Assembly: GCA_024704765.1 (NCBI GenBank)
Contig: JAKMXF010000310.1
Location: 848,565-865,578 of the forward strand
DNA length: 17,014 bases
Direction of reading: 5' to 3'
DNA from: Oopsacas minuta
Lineage: Eukaryota; Animalia; Porifera
Shown: one piece after another, positions 1 to 8,227 of the stretch
Layout: every line of letters starts with the position of its first letter
Position numbering within the stretch: position 1 is the stretch's first letter
Notes under the pieces: generated by a model
Databases searched by the model: none
What the model saw: only the letters and a program-made list of their open reading frames with translations
What the model was told of the DNA's origin: nothing
Position numbers and translations under genes: made by a program

Positions 1-600
1 CCTAGCAAGTTCCAAAAGCTCCTACTCCAGAAAAATCAAACGCAGACATCAATATAGAAAAGAGACACTACAGGGGAAAATTATTATTTCATACGTTAAT
101 TAATTCATTTTTTGAAAGCATCTCCATCCTCAATGTTTCTAAACTTGCCAGATGTAGATGGGTGATTAGAAATTATGCCATAAACTATTTATTTGCTAAA
201 GTTAAGTCAGGCTATAATTATTGAGAGATGAGATATTTATATATTTAGCAACGCTGTCATATGTGAATATTTGTATTACAATGTGACAACTATGCCAGAA
301 TTTAACCATTATGCTAGATTTAGGTCACGAAAGCAACCCATAATGACATAATAACTTCTAGATCTGGCATAAATCGAGCTTTTCTGTCATAATCATAGAA
401 CGTATAATGGATTATTTACTTATTCATGCATTAACTATAATAACTGGGAAGATTTAGACAACACTGAATTAATTACAGTTCTTTAAGTAATACTTATAAA
501 TTTCAATATCTTTATCTCAGGCTGGGCAGTTCCCTAAGAGATCCTTAATTTTTGCCAAATCTTAGCCTGGGGTTCCTTATAAAATGAAGGTAGAATAAAC

Positions 601-1693
601 ATGTTGCAGTGCGAGATTGGTGTACATGCGTGTACGCCAGTGGAAACGCGGGTAGAATATTGTGGTATATTTATAATTATTGCGAAATACCCCGCGAGGT
701 GAAGTTACTAATCCAAATCATAATGGGAATCAGTTTGAATGTCATATAATTTGTTATATTAAGATACGGGACACTCTAATAATTGTCAATATTTTACATA
801 GTCCATAGATTGAAGATTGATTTTAATGTAAGCGTATTGAATTGTAAGAACTTCTAATGCGCTTTAATTAACCCTTATTGCGTAATTCATTGAAATAAAT
901 ATAGTAGTGAAGTATTCATTTCCATATTCAATGTGAATAATAGATTTGAAGTGAATGAATAACTCCTTATAATAATTTCCCTGAATTTTATTTGCTAAAA
1001 ATAGCGGGATTTTCTACAATTTCTCTAGATTTCCAAGTTTTAAATCCATAAATAGTAATTTCAGGCTATTATTTGGAAAAAAGGGACAACAATTTTAATT
1101 TTTCCCTGGATTTCCTGCAAAATTCCTGGCTAATCCAGGTATCCCGGGAGGGTTTGCAACAGGGGGATATTATACAGGGTTATCCGAGTACGTTCCAAGC
1201 GCTCCTCCACCCGAATATTCATACGCCTAAATCAGTATATTAGTGTTACGGTATAGGGGAAGATCCCCAATTTTCACGCTTTAATTTAATCAAAAATTCC
1301 TCGCCTAGAGGAGCGTCCGGTGCTCCTAAATAATCCCTTGGTTGGCAAGCATGGGTTAATTAGTTAATGCGTATTAGAAGTCCTTACAATTCAATACACT
1401 CACATAGATGTAATTCATCTATCTATTTATCGTGTAAAATATTGACAATTATTAGGTGTATGAAAACCGGAGAGCCGTATCTTAATATAATAAATTATTT
1501 GTACACGACAGTCAAACTGATTCCCATTATCGTTTGGATTAGTAACCTTACCTCGCTCGGTAATTTCGCAATAATTATAATTATATATTAACCACAATAT
1601 TCTACTACAACTCTACCCGCGTTTACACCAGTGTGAACGCCTGTACATTGATGTACACACATGTACACCAATCTCGTGTTTGCACTGCAACAT
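601..1693. mobile_element. Fold-back/MITE-like non-autonomous element with long imperfect terminal inverted repeats (left arm about 601-874, right arm about 1353-1693)
   Basis: ATGTTGCAGTGC (601-612) matches GCACTGCAACAT (1682-1693) in reverse complement. The inverted match continues inward through blocks such as GAGATTGGTGTACATG, AAACGCGGGTAG, TTATAATTATTGCGAAAT, GTTACTAATCCAAA, ATAATGGGAATCAGTTTGA, TTATATTAAGATACGG, CTAATAATTGTCAATATTTTACA and GTATTGAATTGTAAG, with indels. No TSD or transposase was found, so the superfamily is unassigned. Confidence 0.7.
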
Positions 1694-1987
1694 ATTATTC
1701 ATACGGCTGTATATTAAATATGCAATTTTGTACGATATTAATTGAATATAATACTAATGAATTACAATACATGTAATATATAAGTCATTTCGTTCAGAGA
1801 GGGAGGGTTCTTAGATAATTATTGGCGTACATTTATATCCTAAACTACGGCAAACTCATTGTAATATTCGTAAGTTTACGAGAGCAATCAAGTACAAGAC
1901 GCAATTACAAATTGGCAGTATCATTAACACTGATTTACAACATTTTTTATGATCTTCTTTCTCTATTATTTTTGCATAGTGTAGATA

Positions 1988-3098
1988 CAGTTAAGGGACA
2001 AAAGTATTCGACCACACAAATATATTGTAATAAATTGTATACTCTTTCCCGCTCCTATATATTGTGTACTCTATATTCGTAGCTGCAATCTAGCAATTTG
2101 CATAGAATAACATGTTTGTCAAGAATTTCAAAAAAATATTTTCGATTTACACTTTTTGAAGGTGTTAATTATTAATAATTATTAGATAATTATTAATAAT
2201 CAAANNNNNNNNNNNNNNNNNNNNNNNNNNNNNNNNNNNNNNNNNNNNNNNNNNNNNNNNNNNNNNNNNNNNNNNNNNNNNNNNNNNNNNNNNNNNNNNN
2301 NNNNNNNNNNNNNNNNNNNNNNNNNNNNNNNNNNNNNNNNNNNNNNNNNNNNNNNNNNNNNNNNNNNNNNNNNNNNNNNNNNNNNNNNNNNNNNNNNNNN
2401 NNNNNNNNNNNNNNNNNNNNNNNNNNNNNNNNNNNNNNNNNNNNNNNNNNNNNNNNNNNNNNNNNNNNNNNNNNNNNNNNNNNNNNNNNNNNNNNNNNNN
2501 NNNNNNNNNNNNNNNNNNNNNNNNNNNNNNNNNNNNNNNNNNNNNNNNNNNNNNNNNNNNNNNNNNNNNNNNNNNNNNNNNNNNNNNNNNNNNNNNNNNN
2601 NNNNNNNNNNNNNNNNNNNNNNNNNNNNNNNNNNNNNNNNNNNNNNNNNNNNNNNNNNNNNNNNNNNNNNNNNNNNNNNNNNNNNNNNNNNNNNNNNNNN
2701 NNNNNNNNNNNNNNNNNNNNNNNNNNNNNNNNNNNNNNNNNNNNNNNNNNNNNNNNNNNNNNNNNNNNNNNNNNNNNNNNNNNNNNNNNNNNNNNNNNNN
2801 NNNNNNNNNNNNNNNNNNNNNNNNNNNNNNNNNNNNNNNNNNNNNNNNNNNNNNNNNNNNNNNNNNNNNNNNNNNNNNNNNNNNNNNNNNNNNNNNNNNN
2901 NNNNNNNNNNNNNNNNNNNNNNNNNNNNNNNNNNNNNNNNNNNNNNNNNNNNNNNNNNNNNNNNNNNNNNNNNNNNNNNNNNNNNNNNNNNNNNNNNNNG
3001 CAGCTACGAATATAGACTACACAATATATAGGAGCGGGAAAGAGTATACAATTTATGACAATATATTTGTGTGGTCGAATACTTTTGTCCCTTAACTG
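1988..3098. mobile_element. Tc1/mariner-type DNA transposon with TIRs of at least 99 bp and a TA target-site duplication; interior mostly in an assembly gap
   Basis: The left end is TA|CAGTTAAGGGACAAAAGTATTCGACCAC (TA at 1986-1987) and the right end is GTGGTCGAATACTTTTGTCCCTTAACTG|TA (TA at 3099-3100). 1988-2086 and 3000-3098 are reverse complements with 2 mismatches. The CAGT...AAAAGTATT terminus with a TA TSD is typical of Tc1-like elements. Confidence 0.85.
2205..2999. other. Assembly gap (795 N)
   Basis: Run of N. The 314-aa ORF at 2193..3137 (-) is an artefact of it. Confidence 1.
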
Positions 3099-3347
3099 TA
3101 TATGTTGGGAATAATTATCTATGTTTTTCATTCTCAAGGGTACTAAAAGTAAGAAATTTCTATTTTAGTTATGTCCATCTTTTAATTGACTACATGGTCA
3201 AAAATATTTCTAAATTCAATTCTACACATCACCCTTGTCCAATTTATTTGGTTTTGTTGCTTACATGATCTAAATTTCCTCTAATAGTAGTTATAATCTG
3301 TTTTATTCCACTCGACATTTAGTTTATTTTTGTTCATTTTATTGTTT

Positions 3348-3876
3348 ATGGCTTCTCTGGTTTGTAAAAATTCTCCTAAAAAGTTTTGTTATATTTGTGG
3401 GAGGTATACTACAACTGACCAACGGCAAAATATCACCAAGGGTGTAGAACGCTGTTATTTCGCTTATTTTGGATGCCATCTTGGGGATCAAGATAAGCCG
3501 TGGGCTCCACACAATGCCTGAAAGACGCTTGTGGTATGCTGGGAAGAGAAATATAATCTCGTTTGCGGTTTCAATGATATGGAGAGAACCAATGTGTCTT
3601 CTTTCGGATTGTTATTTCTGTATGACGAAAATTGATGGTATCACAAAAAAGAATAAATCCACTATTGCGTATCCAGGCGTACCGTCCGCCATTAGGCCAG
3701 TTCCACATTCAGAGGACCTACCTGTACCAGTTCCATTGGAAATATTGGACATTTGTAGTGACAATGATAGTAGTGGAGATTCTGATGAGTACATACTCCC
3801 ACCAGATAATAATTCTCCTCAGCTTATTGATCAAGATGATCTTGATGACCTAATAAGAGATCTCAATTTACCAAAT
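3348..3876 (+). pseudogene. 5' remnant of a Chapaev3-like (CMC superfamily) DNA-transposon transposase, frameshifted and truncated
   Basis: Frame A from ATG 3348 reads MASLVCKNSPKKFCYICG...[19 protein letters not shown]. After a frameshift or deletion near 3515, frame B reads [18 protein letters not shown]...DCYFC...[22 protein letters not shown]...[12 protein letters not shown]. These motifs (CYICG, LGDQDKxWAPH, WREP-x5-[20 protein letters not shown]) match my recollection of Chapaev3 transposase N-termini; the family name comes from memory, not a search. The catalytic domain is absent and the sequence breaks into the microsatellite at about 3877. Confidence 0.72.
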
Positions 3877-3881
3877 CGTCT

Positions 3882-3914
<33 letters not shown>

Positions 3915-4029
3915 TTGTCTGTTTGTCTGTCTGTCTGTTTGTCTGTCTATCTGTCTGTCTGTCTGTCTGTCTATATGTCTGTCTGTTTGTCTGTCTGTTT
4001 GTCTATATATCTGTCTGTCTGTCTGTCTA

Positions 4030-4060
<31 letters not shown>

Positions 4061-4069
4061 ATCTGTCTA

Positions 4070-4112
<43 letters not shown>

Positions 4113-4170
4113 ATCTGTCTGTCTGTTTGTCTGTCTATCTGTCTGTCTGTCTGTCTATCCGTTTGTCCGT
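3882..4170. repeat. Imperfect (TCTG)n tetranucleotide microsatellite with TTTG and TCTA variant units, about 290 bp
   Basis: Directly visible. It produces the spurious (SVCL)n translations in three frames. Confidence 0.98.
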
Positions 4171-5039
4171 TGCTAAGGAAGCTGAAATGGAATGTGGAAT
4201 TCGTATTTGTAAAAATGTTTGTATCTCTATATCCATGGTATTAATCAGGAAAATATACAAATTTCATAAATTTGACTAAAGGTTAGCGAATATGTGAATC
4301 CGAATCGCATTTATGGATTTGTCATATACAAATTTAAGTTGTTTATATGAATATAAAGTAAACAATAAGTAAACAAATTTCAAAATTATCCTAGAAACGT
4401 GGTTTCAACGGTTATTGTGGGGTAATCGGTTACGCTGTTCCGAATATCACACAAACGAATAGTCAAAGCGAGGACCGAAGGCCGAGTACGGACACGAAGT
4501 GTTAGAATCCGCGCAGCGCAAGGAAGCACAGTGCACTTGTGATAGTTAATATTAGTATGATTTAGTGGGTAATAAACATAAATGTATGTTTAATTTCATA
4601 TATTAAATCGCATATTGGTGCAATCTTCCAACCAGAAAATTACAAATTCTAGACCTGTTGTGAATACATACTTAACCCATTCATAAACATTCCCTTCAAA
4701 TTCTTCAATTTTAGCTATTTTATGTAATCATCAAAAACTTTTTACAATTTTGTATATCAGTGCAATCATTTGTATGATGATTTCTGCATTGTATACTAAT
4801 ATTATAGGACAAACATCTCACGATTTGCTGCTTTTACTTTCTAATTTGAATTCAACTTAATCTTTTCTAATATTTATTACATAAATGATAATTCAAATAA
4901 GTAAATATATAGTCTACTTACGGTAATCAGATTAACGAAATATGATTTCAAATCTAGATTGTAAGCAGCATTAACCTATTATACTATAGACCATCATTTG
5001 TATAAATATATTTGTTCTTTATTTTAACTCACAATTGTC

Positions 5040-7367
5040 ATGAAGTTGCAAATCTACTTTCTTCTCTTCGCCAGTATTCTATCGCTTACAAATTGTAAGA
5101 CAATAATAAATATATTAGGTCTCATCCCATATAACAGTGGACTCAGTTCCTATCGATTAACCAATCTTGCTGTGAGTGAGATAAATGCTAGAGAGGATAT
5201 CTTGCTTGACTACACCTTGAATGTTATTTGGGAGGACAGTCACTGTAATAGAGCTCATAGCATTTCTCATTTTTTCGATAACGATCCCGGAAATTTTGTG
5301 AGTGTGTTCGGATTGCCATGTATTGGTCCTGCTATCGCTATCTCAGAAATAATTTCCTTGTATCATCCGATCATGTTCACTCATAGTGCTTTTATCCCAG
5401 ATGATAGTTATTATAGTTTCATCGTCAATGGCTTCCCAACCGGTATTAATACTGTCTCTGCTCAGTTGAAATTCATTAAGGATCATAACTGGAAACGTGT
5501 AGCTACGATTAATTATGAATCTGTATTCTTCAGTGACCTAGGATATGAATTACAAAGAGGTTTCTATAGATTGAATATCACTAATAGTGTACATTCAGTT
5601 TCTTCTACTCTCTACATTTCTGAATATGAAACACAAATCGATAATTTGATTAGAACCATTGATTCAGATGGATTCCGTGTGATAGTATTTAACATGTTCC
5701 AACAAGAAGCTGAATATGTCTTGTGTCGAATGCAAAACCTCAGTATCAACTTTGACAAGTACACTCTTATTCTACCAGGATTCATTTATTATGAATTTAA
5801 CAATAATACAAATACAAGTGAGTGTAATTTACACGAAGTTGCAACAGGAGCTCTAGGTTTCATAGAGCATCCAAGGGTCGAAGATATCTTACGAATGAAT
5901 CTATCAACAATTAATGGTGATAATCCATCCGAAATAGCTCATCTTATACCAGATAATTATGATGGATTGTACGAAGTATTAGGACCCTTCATGTATGACT
6001 CTATGTGGGCGCTTGCATTTGCAATGAATGAAACTATAAATGCTGGCTATATACCACATTATGATTATTATTTTTCGGAGGAATTGTACTACAACCTTCT
6101 CAATCAATCTTTCAATAGTATTACCGGTCATGTGCAATACAACAGAAAATTACGCGTTTCTCAATACGCACAATTAGTTGAGTTTACACCAAATGGTAGT
6201 GAATTCCGTGGTCTCTACTCTAACCTACCTTATGACATAGCACAGATCGGTAACTTGTCTGGTATAACTCATACAAATAACATCAGCTTCAAGTATTGGG
6301 ATGAAACACGAACAGATGGTGTGGAGGAACGTAATTCAAGTTATTATATCTTCTATATCATAGTAATATCATCAGCACTGGGATTAGTTTACATTGCTAT
6401 TCTTACATCAATCATTTCGTTTGGTTTATACAAACATTATCCTCCTGCTATCAAATCGGAGCCTGCCATGAGCATTTTCATTCTCACTTCCAGCACTTTA
6501 TGGCTTGTTTTAGCAGTTCTTCTCACCATTGATGGGAAGTTCTTTCCAATCAAGGAAAATGTTACTGCATGCACTTTCTACTGTCATCTCTTGATATGGT
6601 TGGGTTCCATTTCTACTAGTTTAATTCTGGGAGGAGTTCTTGCTAAATCATTAAAACTGTATTCCTTTTGGGTTCTGAACAAATTCCAAAAGAATTACCA
6701 ACGATTTCTACGTTTCCGCTATCTCGTCTTGATACCGATATCTCTTGTTCTGATAGATACACTAGTCATATCGTTTTGGGCTGGTTTTAGTCCCATCGGG
6801 TACTTAACTCAGATTGTTCGCTCAAACCAGAAGGATCCTCCTTTCTATCGCATTGCATTCTGTCAATTCAATGTGAATATACCACTTGGAGTGTTAATCA
6901 GCTTCAAAGTACTCGTTATATTCATTTCCATCTTCCTAGCTTATCACCTAAGGAAAGTAACTAACAAATCTCAACGTTACACGTTTGTTATTAGTTTAGT
7001 TGTCTATAGCACGTTGTTCTTCTCTCTTTTCATTATCTTCATTATCGGATACGTTTCTAACCTCGACTCTAAAATTGGTTTGGCATCAGCTTTCTGTATC
7101 CTAGCTGCCATAAGTAATACTACTATAATCGGTCTTCCTATTATTTACTACATGTATAGAGATCCTCATGGGAAGACTCTATTCAATCCTCAAACATGTG
7201 ACCAGTTCCCTGAAGACTCTGTGCTCCTGCGTAGGAGGATACAAGCATTACAAGATGATATTGAACTATTGAAGGTTGAACGCGAAGAGAAGTTGCCAAA
7301 GAAAAAGAAATCTGCTGTATTTGTTAACTCTGACACTCTGGCCAATAACGTTGAAGAAAAGAATTGA
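5040..7367 (+). CDS. GABA-B-receptor-like class C GPCR, 775 aa, single exon (signal peptide, Venus-flytrap domain, 7TM, coiled-coil tail)
   Basis: The N-terminus is a hydrophobic signal (MKLQIYFLLFASILSLTNC). ANF-receptor/VFT motifs include LAVSEINAREDILLDYTL, WEDSHC, HNWKRVATI, YDSMWALAFAMN and FNSITGHV. There is no Cys-rich domain. Seven hydrophobic segments run from YYIFYIIV to GLPIIYYMY, with GABA-B-like loops (PAIKSEP, LAKSLKL, LAYHLRKV). The tail has a heptad pattern (LLRRRIQALQDDIELLKVEREE). Confidence 0.93.
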   Translation: MKLQIYFLLFASILSLTNCKTIINILGLIPYNSGLSSYRLTNLAVSEINAREDILLDYTLNVIWEDSHCNRAHSISHFFDNDPGNFVSVFGLPCIGPAIAISEIISLYHPIMFTHSAFIPDDSYYSFIVNGFPTGINTVSAQLKFIKDHNWKRVATINYESVFFSDLGYELQRGFYRLNITNSVHSVSSTLYISEYETQIDNLIRTIDSDGFRVIVFNMFQQEAEYVLCRMQNLSINFDKYTLILPGFIYYEFNNNTNTSECNLHEVATGALGFIEHPRVEDILRMNLSTINGDNPSEIAHLIPDNYDGLYEVLGPFMYDSMWALAFAMNETINAGYIPHYDYYFSEELYYNLLNQSFNSITGHVQYNRKLRVSQYAQLVEFTPNGSEFRGLYSNLPYDIAQIGNLSGITHTNNISFKYWDETRTDGVEERNSSYYIFYIIVISSALGLVYIAILTSIISFGLYKHYPPAIKSEPAMSIFILTSSTLWLVLAVLLTIDGKFFPIKENVTACTFYCHLLIWLGSISTSLILGGVLAKSLKLYSFWVLNKFQKNYQRFLRFRYLVLIPISLVLIDTLVISFWAGFSPIGYLTQIVRSNQKDPPFYRIAFCQFNVNIPLGVLISFKVLVIFISIFLAYHLRKVTNKSQRYTFVISLVVYSTLFFSLFIIFIIGYVSNLDSKIGLASAFCILAAISNTTIIGLPIIYYMYRDPHGKTLFNPQTCDQFPEDSVLLRRRIQALQDDIELLKVEREEKLPKKKKSAVFVNSDTLANNVEEKN

Positions 7368-7564
7368 ATATTGCTATTTAACTATAATTGTAATTATGTT
7401 AATGGGTAGAATACTCAGCTGATGGTAATTGGCAAATATAGATATTACTTGTATTTTCATTTTGTACTACCGTCGCTCAATTGTTGTGTGTACTTGGTTG
7501 CTTGTTTTGTATCTGTTTTTCTATCATTTTATTGTGGTAAATACTTGTTACATGTTGTATTATT

Positions 7565-7570
7565 AATAAA
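7565..7570 (+). terminator. Candidate polyadenylation signal (AATAAA) of the + strand GPCR
   Basis: Canonical hexamer about 200 nt after the stop codon, followed by T-rich sequence. Not confirmed by transcript data. Confidence 0.5.
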
Positions 7571-8024
7571 TGATTTTGTATAAATTGAAGATTTTCATAT
7601 CTGAAGTCTTGATTACAAACAATAGATTTACTCAATAGCTATATCTTTTTGACGTCACACATTTCCCGGCAGTATTCGGTTAAAAATAGCAAACTCTTGA
7701 ATTTGGTTTAACATTATTCACACCCTTAGAAAGTTCTAAGCTTTTGCAAAGTTAAGCAAATTCTTAGAGAAAGTTTAACGCATTAGCATAATAATCTAAG
7801 TAAAACCTTCTAATCTTAACGGAATTTCTAAGAATTTGCTTAACTTTGCAAAAGCTTAGAACTTTCTAAGGGTGTGAATAATGTTAAACCAAATTCAAGA
7901 GTTTGCTATTTTTAACCGAATACTGCCGGGAAATGTGTGACGTCAAAAAGATATAGCTATTGAGTAAATCTATTGTTTGTAATCAAGACTTCAGATATGA
8001 AAATCTTCAATTTATACAAAATCA

Positions 8025-8030
8025 TTTATT
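8025..8030 (-). terminator. Mirror-image candidate polyadenylation signal of the - strand GPCR
   Basis: TTTATT on the + strand at the palindrome-equivalent position. Confidence 0.5.
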
Positions 8031-8227
8031 AATAATACAACATGTAACAAGTATTTACCACAATAAAATGATAGAAAAACAGATACAAAACAAGCAACCA
8101 AGTACACACAACAATTGAGCGACGGTAGTACAAAATGAAAATACAAGTAATATCTATATTTGCCAATTACCATCAGCTGAGTATTCTACCCATTAACATA
8201 ATTACAATTATAGTTAAATAGCAATAT

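Noticed and set aside
1-600. Possible - strand terminal exon after a TTTTCCCCTGTAG acceptor near position 69, and other short frames
   Set aside because: The frames are short, have no homology I recognise and have no upstream exon to link to.
1367-2082. Small ORFs 1367..1591 and 1822..2082
   Set aside because: They overlap transposon inverted repeats and are AT-rich chance ORFs.
2193-3137. 314-aa ORF on the - strand
   Set aside because: It consists almost entirely of translated Ns plus TIR sequence.
3877-4279. (SVCL)n Cys/Leu-rich ORFs at 3903..4244 and 3923..4279, and the tail of 3469..4176
   Set aside because: These are translations of a tetranucleotide microsatellite that gives the same peptide in three frames.
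5001-5008. TATAAATA 32 bp before the first GPCR ATG, with a similar TATAAATG at 10587-10594 (-) for the second
   Set aside because: The similar position is suggestive, but such words are common in AT-rich DNA and would leave almost no 5' UTR. It needs TSS data.
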